Shown: positions 39,422 to 52,215, counted from the stretch's first letter. The stretch: DNA of 64,000 nt from Amoebophrya sp. A120 (GCA_905178155.1 CAJINV010000004.1:11501114-11565113), one strand, 5' to 3'. Notes: generated by a model from the letters alone, not told the origin. Numbers and translations are program-made.

Positions 39422-40304
39422 CCAGGCACGGTGGATGAATCTACCCGCAAGTGGTGCGGAGCTGCAGAGCTTTGCGCAATGGAGAACTGGTTAGTAGATA
39501 CGTGTGTGATTGTCCGGACTCGTACAATGTGGAAGAAAGGAAAGGAAAGAAAAGAAAAACAACGCAGAACCGTTTACCATCGCATGTTGGGGGCTTATCC
39601 CAATGTGCTGACTGCTAGATGAATATAGAAATGGGCGAGCTACTGTTTCATCTAAGATGTGGTCAAATAGGAACAACAACAAGACAGGCTTGCAGATGCC
39701 AAAGACGAGAAAATCTCGTCTCTCTCTGACAGCAAGCAATAGATGCATACTGCTGGGAAAAAGATTATTTTATCATTAACGTGTCTCCTTTTCGTCATTC
39801 GTCATGGGCTATCATGATCTCTTCTGCAACCAAAATTGCCCTGCGCTGGTTCTGGAGCAAGAGTCCTACAAGGACGAAAGGAAGATCTGATTCAAGTCCA
39901 AGCAATGCGAAAAAATGTAAGTGTGCGCATTGATCTCACGTGTTCGACCGCTTGGGCCGCGAGTCGTGTGTCGCTGTTTACAATATTGGTAGAAAGTACA
40001 TGCCGGGAGGATGGCTGCTTTGGGACTTTTATGCAGGGGGCTTGTTTCGTTTTCTGATTCGTCACTTCGCATTTTGGGATTCGTTTTCATTAGCGTTCGC
40101 ATGGGGCGTCGCTATGCGCTTTCGTGCAGTCTGATCGTTTGATTCTGTGGCATTTGCATTTGCTCGTTGGAATCCGAGGAAAGGCAAATATGTAGCTCTT
40201 ACAACACGTGTAACGCATAAAATTAGACGTACCAGTAGCCGTACGATAGAAGTGGACACTTTCTTTTGCCAGGTCGTAGTTGAGCAGCGCCAATCAGCAG
40301 CAAT

Positions 40305-42277
40305 ATGCCGGAAATCGCCAACACTTGTTCACCGCCACTGAAACGGGCGCGGAAGGAGGACGCTAAGGCCGAGAAGGAGCGACTGCGGGCCGCTCGAAAG
40401 GCTGCCGAAGCGCAGGAAAAAGCCGTATAATTTTTGGCATAAGTTTTATACTTCTTAGTGCAGGAGGAGACTCGTGTCACGCGTTCAAAGTGTTTGACAT
40501 TGACTTTAGTTGTCCGCAGAGGATTTCCTTTGACTTTAGGCAAAGAATGACTCACGACGGCGCGCTGCAAATTGGTCTCTCTGGCGCGAGAGCGAAATTG
40601 CTTGGCCTTGCGGTGTCGAAAAGGATGCAGTTCTCTCGTGGTTGGGGTTGCCTCAGGCAACGCAAGCGAAGCGGCCTGCTTTGCCTGAGGTAGCTCCCGT
40701 TTTTTTGTAGTTCCTGAAGTTGCAGCGGACGCGGGTCCTACTGTGTCGCGTCGGATTTTTTTGCGGGTCACGACGCTGGCATAATTGTCGCGCGTTCGTT
40801 TTGGCGTCCCCCGCTTTCGTCGTCAGGGACGCTTGGCCACGCATCACAGCGTGCGGCTTTGCGTCCTTTCGCTTGCCTTGCCTTGCCTTGCCTTGCCTTG
40901 CCTTGCCTTGCCTTGCCTTGCCTTGCCTTGCCTTGCCTTGCCTTGCCTTGCCTTGCCTTGCCTTGCCTTGGCCTGGCCACTCAAGTGGTTTGGCGCCAAT
41001 CGCGTCGTCGCGTCGGTTTTCATTAGACCGGCGCAGTAAGCCTTCTCTTCTTGTTATCCGCCATGGATATAGGTTGCTACCAAACGCACTGAATTATCCG
41101 ACTACAGGAGACGAAGCGGCTGAGAAAGTTCCACAAGGGTGTTGGGGACAACCTGAAGCGGTATGTCCAGGACGAGAAGAAATCCGCGTCCTTCAACATG
41201 TCGCAGGCCGTATCAACTGCAAAGTGGTCTGGTTTCCTGGGAGGTTGCACGCTTGTGAGGCATCGGGCGGAAGTGGGAAGCCACAAAAAAACTAATCTTG
41301 CGCGACTATCTCTAGTTGGCCATCTTTGGTCATGGTAAGTAGACTAAAGACCTTGCGATATCTGTAATGCCGGTGGTTATCCGATTCTGATGTCATGCTA
41401 GGTCTTGCATTGCACACCGCATCGGGCACAGAAGAGCAGTGCGATAACAAACTTTTGTAGGCCTTCAGACCCAGACATATGCGCAGTTGATAGTCCGAGT
41501 ATGATTGGGTTTTCCGAACAGTGGAATCTACGAAGAAAAGCAAGGGCGACGCGCTGCATTTGTCCACCTACGAGGAGGCTGCGGCGGTGTTCGGCGTGAG
41601 CAAGATACAAGGTGGACGCTTTGAGGCGTGTTCCGTATCTTACAGAAAAGCGCGCGCAGTATACCAGAAAAAGAATAAGACCTATGCTGCTGGTTTGCTA
41701 GCGCAACACAAGCTGGAATGTGGAGACCACAAGACAGGCCATTTGCGTTTTCTGTCATGCAGCATGCACGTGGACGTGGGGACGCAGTTTAGTGATTAGA
41801 GGAGTGGCACCAAAAAGGCTTTTCATGTTGAATAGCGAAGAGTAAAGAGGCCTTGTGGTTGTGACAATAAAAATTGCTCAACACTAACTTTCATTTACTT
41901 CTTTGCGCTTTTGCTTTTCTGCAGAATATTTCGGGCGCTGCAGCTGGTGCATCACGTCGATGAAAGTGAAGCGAACAAGCCCGACGGCGGTGGCGTTCAC
42001 GTGGACGCTCAGCGATATCCTGAGCAAAAACGCCCCAACACAAATCCAGAAGCTTGGGCCGGAGTCAGGCAAAGTAAGGCGCTCCCTGTATTGTAGTGCT
42101 GTTCGAAAAAGCCATCGCCCAATCCTGTTTCTAGCATTACAGATTCCAAATGCCTCGCTTGGGATGGATGCGCATTACAAATGTTTCTGCAATTCTTGTA
42201 AATCGGCATGGGTGGGGACGTTTTTGCTCAGGATAAGTGACGAGAGATGGGAAAACGACAACTGCTGCGGGCGATAG
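40305..42277 (+). CDS. Unknown family, tandem paralog 3
   Basis: GT-AG intron 40425-41107, introners 41211-41492 and 42016-42235, and an intron at about 41626-41923 with unresolved ends. Domain GDNLKRYVQ...EYDWVF...ALHLS...AAVFG...WCITSMKVKR. Confidence 0.75.
40871..40970. repeat. (CCTTG)n microsatellite, 19 perfect units plus one variant
   Basis: Directly visible, inside intron 1 of paralog 3. Confidence 0.98.
41211..41492. mobile_element. Introner family A, diverged
   Basis: TSD GGCCG/GTCCG. Ends TATCAACTGC...GCAGTTGATA. Removal gives MSQAEYDWVF, matching paralog 2 MSPAEYEHVF. Confidence 0.9.
42016..42235. mobile_element. Introner family C
   Basis: TSD AGCGA/AGTGA. TIR TATCCTGAGCAAAAACG is perfect over 17 bp. 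Removal gives WTLSDERWEN. Confidence 0.85.
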
Positions 42278-43033
42278 CTTTCGCGATGCAGGTCGCAGCG
42301 AAGGAGCTCCAGACTTTCTGTAAGGGTTTTGCCCCGATGTGTAGGGAAAATGTTTTGAAGCTCGATGTACATCAATGAAGACTCCAAGGACGAGCTAGCA
42401 AGCTTGCCTGGACCACAAGAAGTAGGAGATCTCTTGTTGACAGCGAGCACCCTGTGCTGCTCGCAAAAAGCAGATGAATATGTAAATATATTTGCTGGCG
42501 GCATTTCTCGTCATTCGTCGTGAATGATCACGGTTCATTCGATGCCCGAAGGTGGATCTCTTAGGTTACTTCGTTGATTTTAGTCTGCACAGCAGCCACA
42601 AACCAAACCGGACCCATCAAACTTGGCCCGCAAAATTCGCACAGGGACATCTAGTATTTTTGACTAGCGGACGATGAGCGTTTTGGTCGTAAGTTTTTCG
42701 TATCTCAAGAAGGAGCAAGTGTTATTCAAACGGTTAGGCGCCACCAAAAGAAAGCTAGTATCTCAGGACGAAGAAATCGTTTATTTCAGATAAAAGTTGA
42801 TAAAGTCTCGTCGTGGCAACTACAGCTCGTAAAGTTTTCGCTAGCCCTCGACGTGCAGTTTATCGGGCCAAGCACCGCTGTCTGCGGTACCCTAGTAGTG
42901 TAAGGAGCCACATTTCGAAGTACTCCCCCCGTTTTGATATGAAAATTACAACCCAAAACCGATCGCAAGATGACTGGCACTGTTAAGTACGCCCTATTAT
43001 TCTGAGGAAGACGCGACGATTAAGATTATCACG

Positions 43034-46000
43034 ATGTCCACCATGTCTTCCCCGCCGCTCCTGGCGGAGGTGAAGTTCACCGCAACCATTCATCAAGCGA
43101 CTCAGAATTCCACCGCTGCTGCTGGAACCAGCATGAAAACTACAAACCCAACCTCCATCACCGTTGCGGAGAACTGTAAGAAGGGCAAGTTCCGCATCCC
43201 CCCGACCTTCTCCCTCCCCTCCTTCAACGGAGGGAAAAAATCGTCGTTACTCCCCTCCACGACGATCGAAACCCTGGCGCACATCTTGTGCGAGTTTTTG
43301 AAGTTGCAGCCGTTTTGCAAGGCGGAGCGCAGTTTGTCGCTCTGTTGTTCATCCCCCGTCGTGACGGAGCTGTACCTTGTTAGTAAGGAAGAGGAAATAT
43401 CAAATGCAAAAATGTCTGGGTCTGGAAGGTTACCAGGTTTGTCATGCATATTTTGCATGACTCAGGATGTCTGTAATGCATGATCTAGCATCACATATTT
43501 TTAGAGGCCTTCCTGATACCTATCCCGCATGACAAATGCCCTCCCCGCGTAGCACAAACTGGGCTCCTCTTGCTGGTCATGCAATACAAATTCTTTTAGA
43601 GTCCAAAGTTAGCATCACAAGTTCCAACCTTCCAGACCCAGACATATTTGCAATGCATAGGAAACGGGGGAGGAGTTCGAGGAGTACATCGACTGCACCG
43701 TCTGCGGCGAAAGCGAACTGGCGGCGTTCTTACCGAGTTTTGGTTCAACATCTGGAGGTGGTTCAAGTACGGGAAAGGATGCGAACGGAGGCGGAAACAA
43801 CAAGTTGCAGCTTCGGGTCGTGTTTGCGTTTGAAGAGAAGAACGTTGGAACAACAAGCACGGGAGCAAGTAGTGTTCTTCCTCCAGACACTTCTGGCAAG
43901 AACCTCGCTGGAGCTGCTGCGGGAGTTGGTCGTCTCGCGGGAGCTGCTCCTGCTGCAACGCTGAAGCGACCGGCAGACGAGGGAAAGGACCCGGAGCGAG
44001 GACAGCTGGAGGGCGAGGGGGGAGAAGAGCGAAAAGAAGACCACGCGGGAGAAAACGCTCCTGGAGACGAGGAACAGGAGGCGCATCAACCAAAACGGCA
44101 GAAGAACGGAGATCTGGAAACGGAGCTTCAGGATCGCGCAAGGAAAGACGTAGACGAAGCAATGAGAAAAGCGGAAGCACAAATCAGAGAACAAAAAGAC
44201 AAGTCGAATCAAGAAGCCTCAAAACGTCAGTTCTCGATTGTCTGTCGCACGCTATACGGAGGTGAGAAAATTCAACACAACGCCCAAGGAGCTCCGAGCA
44301 TCACGTCTGGTCGGGGAGAAAATACTAAAACGGTGTACCGCGTTTCCAAGGTTGATGACCATGGAAATATTTTTTCCTCCTCGTCGGATAATTTCGAAGG
44401 AAACAATATTAACTTGCTGACAACTAACAAAACTGCAGCAGCCGCAAGTTCTTCCTCGTTCGTGAATGCTACTCCTTCCCCCATGATTTCTTCCACAGAG
44501 AATAAAGTCATTTCCCAGCTTTCCGACCTGAAACTCGCGATTTGCAAGGACGAGTTCGGGGAGGAATTTGAAAAAGAAAACTTGATTGCCATCCCGGACA
44601 AATGCGAGCTCCCGCCGGGCGAGAACACGGGCTTCAGCAGTGAGTGTGCGAATTTCTGCACGTGTTTGTATGCGAAACGGAAGTTTCTGGACTTGGCGTT
44701 CGACCGAGCGGCGAAGGTGAGCTGCGAAGAGTTTGGGACGATTTGGAAAAACAAGAAAAAGGGAAGTACGCAAGAAAAGGGTGAAAGGGAAGAAGAACTG
44801 AACGCGTGTGAAAATGACGAAGTTTTTCCTGAAGGAGGTGAGAGACGGATCATATCTGAAAAAGTCCGCGCCGATTTTTCCACGGCAGTGAATGAGGACT
44901 GCCACATCTGTCTCGGATTGCTCTCCAAACCCGAAGACGACGGCACGTTGATTCCGAAAAACGAAGATGTGGATGAGATTGATGATGCGGGGCACCTCGT
45001 GAGAAATAAATCCCGCAAAAGAACTACATTAGACAAGCAGAAGAGTTTAGTGGTTGGGGGAAAGTGCCGCCACTTCTTTCACTACTCCTGTCTGCGACAC
45101 AAGCATCTAGATCCGCATTTCCGCTTCCAGTGCCCGGTGTGCAAAGAGGCCTTGGAACTGATTCAGGATGATGAGATTACAAAGGAGAAAAAGCCGCCGG
45201 CGGTGCTGATTTACCATAAAAGTGCCAAAGCGGCAGGGGGAGCAGAAACAGGGAACAGTTCTTCGGCCACCGGATTTGTACAAAGTCGCCAAAATTCCAA
45301 GTCCACCACCGAAGAAAACGGCATCGTCTGTATCGAAGGCCGGGGGGAGAACGCGGCTGAATTCCCCCGCAGTCCTGTTTGTCACATCACTGCCGGGATG
45401 CTCTTTCCCAGGGATGCGAACATCGCGACGCAGATGCCGAGTTTGATGCTGCCCACCGGGATCAACCAAGACCTGCAGCGCAAGCAGCTTTACGCCAACG
45501 ACTTGATCCGTGGCGGAAGTGACCATAACCACGCTTTTTTTGACCTTTCCAACTGCGGCACGACGACTTCCCCCGTTCTGCACTACTGCGGGCTGCACGC
45601 GCACAGAGTGGAGCAAAAGATCAAAATAGAAGTGAAAAGCCTCCCAATCGCGCCGCGGACACGGAAGATCGAAATTAACCGACTCTACATTCAAAACCGG
45701 TTATCCACCCTGTGCCGCCAAATCGGGTCGGAAATCGTGGAAGCGACACCGGAACTCGCCACTGCCATGATGGCGCGGCGGATTGTGCTGGTGGCTGCGA
45801 ACGGAGTTCCGGTCAAGGTGTCGAAGGACCACCGGGTGATCGACATTTTGCCCAACCAGCAGAAGCTAGCGCGGGAAGTCGCGCTGGTTTTTGAGTACGA
45901 GCAGGAACCGCGGATTGAGGTGGATTTGTTCGCGAAGGGACTTGCTGCCCCGATTTCCTCCATGGAACAGCTGCTGAAACTCGCGAATAAAGCGGCAGAG

Positions 46001-49000
46001 AAAATGAAAAAGGATGATGGCGAGGAACTTGATGAAGAAGACCAGGCGGACTTTGGAGCAGCGGCAGCTTCGTCGTCTTCTAGCAATACTGCGGCCCTTG
46101 TTCAGTTTTCTGCATCTACTTCGCGTCAATGTCACAAAAAGCGGCGTCATGCCCTCGAGCTCTACGTCAATTTTCGTCGGTCCTACACTGCGAGCGCACT
46201 ACCTACTCCGGACGACGGGAGCGGACGGGCGAAAGCCGTGCTTTCCTACAGTGACGTGTGGGTGCCGTATGTCGGGAACGGGTGTTTTTTGGACGGACCG
46301 GTCTTGAAGAAAGTGGATTTGGCAGCTAGTACCAGTTTATTCGACGCCGCAACCAATGCTGGCAACAACAGTACTACTTCTACCGAGGACGCGGACGGTC
46401 ACAAAAACCGCGAAAAAACGAAGGAAGCGTACTCACACATGCTTTCTGTGCTTCAGTGCATGCAGAAGAAGTGGAAACAGGTGAAGGGATTGGAAGCGGG
46501 GGTTCTGTCCGCGCTGTTTCGTTCCTTACTGGACAACTGGAACCCCGCTGCGGACGCCTTGCACCTGTTGCTGACGCGAAGAGAAAAGCAAATCACCAAC
46601 GCGGACCTGGGTGCGCTGGTGTCTGGCCTGATCTACGTGTTGCAAAAGACCACCCTGCCCAGGAAAGGCGGGTTTGCGGAGCTACTTTCCTCGGAAGAAA
46701 TGCTGGACGCGAACGAAGCACAAGCTGTCGGATTCATGTCCGATGATCAGCCACTCACGACCACTGATAATGCGACTAGATCGGGAAGCCGTGATGTTTT
46801 GAAGAAAATCCCGAGTCCCGACTGTCTTTCCAACGTGAAGTACGTGTGCTCCGCGCTGATTTGGCTTTTCGAAACTTTGAAAGAAGTCGAGGCGGAGTTT
46901 CCCCTGCAGGAACAAGTCATCCCCTCGGATTTTTTTCTCGATTCTGCGACCGCGAAAGCAGAGACCACGGCGAAGAAAGATCAGGAAAGGAAGACGAGCA
47001 AAAGCCCGGCGGAGAGACGGGAAAAAGCCGAAGAGGACGATGCAAAAGTGGAACACACCGACGCGGCGCAGTCTTCCTCTGACAGCTCGGAAGATGATGA
47101 GAGCGGTCCCAGCAAGGCCGGCGCTGCGGGGCGTCTGATTTCGAAGTGCATCTTTCGCAAAACGGAGTTTCCGCTGACGGAGCAGGTTGTTAGGGCGGTG
47201 GAGAAGAAGTTAGGCAAAAACCACGTAAAAGCATCTGTTATCGCAGAGACAGACGAGGACGTGGACATGGACATGGTGTCTGATGATCACGGTGATGAAC
47301 GGATGCCGGACCATGTTGGAAACAAAATCGCCCAAACTAGCACTGCGCCATCCTCCGTCCACTCCCGGCTGCTGAAACTTTTCGGCACGTATTTCCTGCA
47401 ACAGCAGGACGACCTCCAAACCTCGACAACAAACCTTACACACCACCGTTTCCTTTCCCTCGCATCTGCCACCGGCGGCACAGCTGTCACGACCTCTTAC
47501 GGGAGAAATTCCACGACGAGCAAGCACGTCCACCCAATCTTCGAGTTGAAATCGGCGAAGGCGGCGCTGAATTCGGCGCACTCCGAGGGGACGCTGACCT
47601 TGAACCCGAAGGGCCGGGTCGTCGTTTGCCGGGGCCGGCCGCCGTGCGACGCGGGAGCGAATCTGTTGCTGTTCGACCCGATTGCGGGCGAGGAGTTGTC
47701 CTTCGGAGTGGCGATTCTGACCGCGGCAAACGCGAAAAGGGGTACAACCATTGGGGTCTTGTCGGACAAGCGAGAGGTGCAGAACGACGTGGATCTGAAG
47801 GAGGGCATCGCCTGCGTCGTGGATTCCAGCTACAGCATGAGTGAGTCCTCCGGGTTCGGCCGGCGGGAGCGGGATATCAACTGAAAAAATGTCTGGGTCT
47901 GGAAGATTGCAAACTTGTGATGGATGCGCATTTCAGAACACAGAAAAATCTCTCATGCATAGGCAGCAAAAGTTGCCCGCTTTCTGTCACCAAAATGGGG
48001 GATTTCTTATGCGGATTCGGCAATGATTGCGGAAGCTTCTCGAAACCTGTGATGCTAGAGCTTCCATGCCAGAGCTTCTGTGTCATGCAAAAACAGCATG
48101 ACCCTTCCGGACCCAGACATTTTTGCAATTCATACGGGACGAGGTGGAGCGAAATTACGACTCGAAACGGGCCAACGGCTGGGACGAGGACCCGCCGGAG
48201 GATGACGATGAAGACCGTTTATCCGAGGAACTGGAAAAGTTCGGGAACCACCCGAATCTCTTCGATTTCCGGTCCGTGATTGAACGAAGTGGGGACAAGC
48301 GGAAGGCCGCGGAGTGCATCCTGCAGGAGCTGTGCCGGTTGACCTGGGTTAAGACAAAGGATCCCGACGCGGAAGACCGGCGGCGGGTCTTTACCAAACA
48401 CCGGGAAAAGTTCATCCGGGTGTTGCTTTTGGCCGCGAAAGGGGGAGATGGTTGTACTGGAAGGTGGAACAATAGTTCTTCTTTTCAGAGGATCACGCGG
48501 CATGGGAACATCAATCTCGAGGACGACCACGAAGGTGACGCTGATGCGTCAACCAGTGAAGTAGACGTCGTCCCCCACATGTACCTCTGTCCAATTACGC
48601 GTGAATTACTGGAAGACCCGGTGATTGCGCCGGACGAATTCACCTACTCGCGCCACGCGATCGAGACGTGGCTGGAGCGGTCGAAAAAATCCCCGATGAC
48701 AGGGATCGACATGGGAAAGAAGAAGTTGATGGCGAACAAAACGCTGAGAATCGGTTTGGAAGAGTGGAAAGAAGCCCGGGAGAGGAGGAGAAATGGGCAG
48801 CGCGGGTGGGCATCAAATGGCGGAAGTGGAGCCTCTTCGTCTTCAGCTGTTTTGGTGAATAATATCACTGGAAATAGTAATAGTTTCCGTGCGACGTCCT
48901 CCTCTTCGTCGCTCTTCGGGAAGAACGTGCTTGGGACGACGTCGATGTTGTCCACTGAGAACTTCTCTGATGACGTTTTTGTCAAGATGCAAACGACCGG

Positions 49001-52000
49001 CAAGACGTGCACGATCCGCTGTAACGTGCGGACCACCACAGTGAAGGAGTTCGCGGCTCTGGTCAACGAAAAGCAGAACTCGCTTTTATTTCCCATTGAC
49101 CCCGCGAGGATGACCTTTTCCGGCGCAGATCGCTTGTTCTCCACGAGTTCCGACGGGAGTCTGGCGTTGCTGACCTTCGGGGTGCGACACGCGCAAACCC
49201 TCACCATGTTTGTGCGCGAGTTCGGGTTTGGTAAAAATTACATGACAACTTCGAGAAGTGCTACTGCATCAGGAGCCAATAAGCGGAAATACGACTTAAT
49301 CGACGTGGAAATTGCTGGGCTGGAAATTCTCCCCGGAGGAAATAACGGCCTGCAGAAGATGGACATTTGCGACGTCCCCGCGAACGCGACGGTCGAGCAC
49401 GTGCTGTTGCGCGCCTGGTGTCAGTGTATCCACTTTACAGGGAAGTACGACCTAGCGAACGGCCAACGGTTCAGTCCGCCCAGCGGTTGGGACCTGTGGT
49501 GTTTCAGCAGCTCCGAGTCGGATGCGGACCACGAAAAAGGCGACGGGGTCAAGGTACGGTACGGCCAGCGGGGGGAACCGGAGGGGAAGTTTGTTGGCAT
49601 GGCGGAAGATGGGGGACGAAGTTATGTTTCCTCGTCTCACGAGGACCGTTCCACTGCCTTGGACGCGAGTACTTTGAAGGGCTTCGAGATTATGCCGCGA
49701 AAGCTGCGAAGCTGGGAAAAGCGGGAGATGACCCGCATGCAGGCGGTAGTGCAGTTCTTCAACGCCTTTTGCAACCGGTCCATTGCGTACAATTATCCCG
49801 CCGCGGTGGGGCTGTGTCCCTTTTCCACCGAGGTACCGGACGTGGAGGATATCAACGTAACCGTCGCGTACGAGGACTTCCGCGAGGAGGTGGACGATTT
49901 GAAGCCGGGGGGCGACACGGCTTTGTATGACGCGTTGCTTGCCGCGGCGGAGGCGTTGGTGGAGTGGAAGAAGAAGATCGTGGCACAGAAGAAACAAGCG
50001 CTGCAGGGACAGACACAGAGCAGTGGCGGGAACGACCATCAACAACATCTTCAAGGGACGAACAGCAACAAGATGACTGCGAAGGAAGCAGACGCGCTGA
50101 CCAACGTCGGGCTGCGATTGATTTGCTTTTCCGACGGAAAAGATTCGAGCTCGGAAAGCGAACCTTATGAGGTTACAGTGTTTTTGATGTGTAGAAGCCC
50201 TTGGCTATGTTTTTTCTGATGTGTAAAAATTGTACTGCATGATTTTGCGTACTTCGTTGCATAAAAAACCGTGACGAAAAAAGCAAAAGAACTACATCCA
50301 AAATAAACCAAAATCCCAGGTTGCCCAGTACTTGCAGAAGCACAAGATTTCGATGGATTTGATCATGATCGGCAGCGAACGAGACCGGGACGAAAACGCG
50401 CACGCGATCGCTAAGGCGTCCGGCGGGTACGTGTTCCGTCCGAAGACGTTGCAGCATGGCCTGCAGATTATGGAGCTGGAAACCATGCTGTTTGGCGGGG
50501 AACGGCCGATGAATTTTGAGTGGAAGCAGCGGCGGGGGTTACCCCTAGTGAAAGACGAGGACACGTTGAGTGCCTTCACCAACCTCGTGCGCTTTCCGGT
50601 GGACCGGTGCGACCAGTCGATCGTGCCCGCGCGGAGGCAGCCGCAGGAGCTGGAGCAGATCGAAGGAGGCAGTTTGAAGGTGCTGGGCGTTGTGAACAAG
50701 GACAGCGACAGTCTGGAAAAAGCACTGGATCACATGGTGACAGGAAACAACGGTGGATTAGAGAAGAACAATGGCAACGCGAACAAGCAAGACGACCAGA
50801 AGGAGAAATCCTCCGACACATCTGCAGCGGCCGAGGACGACGCTGGAGCACCTGGGGGAGCCAAGAAGCTGTCAAAAGCGATGAAGAAAGCTGCGGGGGA
50901 AATGGTGAATGGAAAAAACGCGAAACACAACGACAAAGACGAGAAGAACAAGGACAGTAAGAAAAACAGCAACAGTAAATCAGGAGCTGCTTCTGCGAAC
51001 GCCACTCAGGGGAAGAACCAGGACAGCGGAGCAGCAACTCCCAAGCCCCCGATTCAGCAGCAAGTGGACGAAGAAGCGCGGAAGCGGTTACTCGTCGAGG
51101 TGCGCGCGCTTTCTCGTCGGCGCGCGAACCAAAACCCGCAGATCGACATCTACCCCACGGAACTGCTGCACTTTTGGAAGGTGGTGATGCAGGGCCCGGA
51201 CAGCAGCGCTTACCAAGGGGGGGTTTTTGAACTGTACGTCAAGTTTCCGCCGGACTACCCGGGGAAGCCGCCGGAAATCCGGTTCACCACCCCGATTAAA
51301 CACTGCAACGTCAACGCGCACGGGAAGATCTGCCACAGCATCCTAGACCGCAACTGGAATCGGGATCGGACCGCGAGCGAGGCGTTGAACCACGTGTACG
51401 GGTTATCGCGAGGAAAAATGCCCCCACCCCAAAGTTGCAAAAATTTGTGATGCGAAGTTTCCAAATGAAAACTTTTTGTCATGCATGAAAGGAGTATGAT
51501 GAATCTTTGTCTTTCTGATGCAGAGTCTAGGCGTGTTTCGCATCGCTTGCATGACAAGCACCGTTCTTGCTGGGATCTTTTGCAAGACAAATTTTTGCTA
51601 TTCACGATCGGAAATCTGTGACGCTGATACATGCAAGAGGGCGAGTGTTTCATTCGGAAAGGTTTGCAATACAAATGCTTTCAAGTTCGGGGGTGGGGGC
51701 GTTTTTCACTGTAATACGGGCTACTCATGTCGCCGGACTACGACGACCCGTTGGACTCTATCGTAAGGAAAAATCCCCCCTCCCCATATCGAAAAAGCAT
51801 CCTGTTGAAAATTTGTGATGCTGATTTGTGGTCACAAATCAGGTCTGTCTTGCGAGAGAGCAAAGCCAGAGCTTCCGCCACTTTACACAGGCGGTTTGTA
51901 ATGCTGCTGCGCTAACAGGGCAATCGTCTGCCATGCTGAGCGCCCATCTCTAGCCAGCCCCTTCCAGGCTTTGTATCTGCCTGCACTCCTCTACTGCAAG

Positions 52001-52215
52001 ACAAAGCTGATTTGTGTACACAAAACCCGCAATACAGATTGCCACTTTGATATGGGGAGGGGGGATGTTTCATGTTGATAGACTCGGTCCTGGCTTTGCA
52101 GGCGCGGACGGATCACGAGGCCTACCAAATGGCGATCCGGAAGCACGTGGCGGAACACGCGAAGGGGGTGACGCGGGAGGAATTACGGAAAAAATTGACG
52201 GAGGGAGGGGAGTGA
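43034..52215 (+). CDS. Giant ubiquitination protein: RING-like finger, VWA domain interrupted by U-box and ubiquitin-like domains, C-terminal E2 (UBC); 6 exons
   Basis: CHICL...KCRHFFHYSCL...QCPVC (RING-H2-like); CVVDSSYSM (MIDAS); YLCPITRELLEDPV...TYSRHAIETWL...SPMTG (U-box); GDTALYDAL and CFSDGKD (VWA); FPPDYPGKPP...HCNVNAHGKICHSILD...PDYDDPLDS (E2). Four introners plus GT-AG intron 50172-50319. Confidence 0.85.
43398..43659. mobile_element. Introner family A
   Basis: TSD GGAAA/GGAAA. TIR TGCAAAAATGTCTGGGTCTGGAAGGT. Removal gives KEEETGEEFE and joins ORF 43805. Confidence 0.9.
47875..48134. mobile_element. Introner family A, opposite orientation
   Basis: TSD CGGGA/CGGGA. The body is very similar to 57539-57802. 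Removal gives RRERDEVER. Confidence 0.9.
51404..51716. mobile_element. Introner family C
   Basis: TSD CGGGT/CGGGC. TIR GAAAAATGCCCCCACCCC / GGGGTGGGGGCGTTTTTC. Removal gives HVYGLLMSPDY. Confidence 0.9.
51759..52080. mobile_element. Introner family B
   Basis: TSD GACTC/GACTC. TIR ATCCCCCCTCCCCATATC, shared with 15672-15981. Removal gives DDPLDSVLAL. Confidence 0.9.

Noticed and set aside
40720-41295. ORF with LPCLA repeats
   Set aside because: It is a translation of the intronic (CCTTG)n microsatellite.
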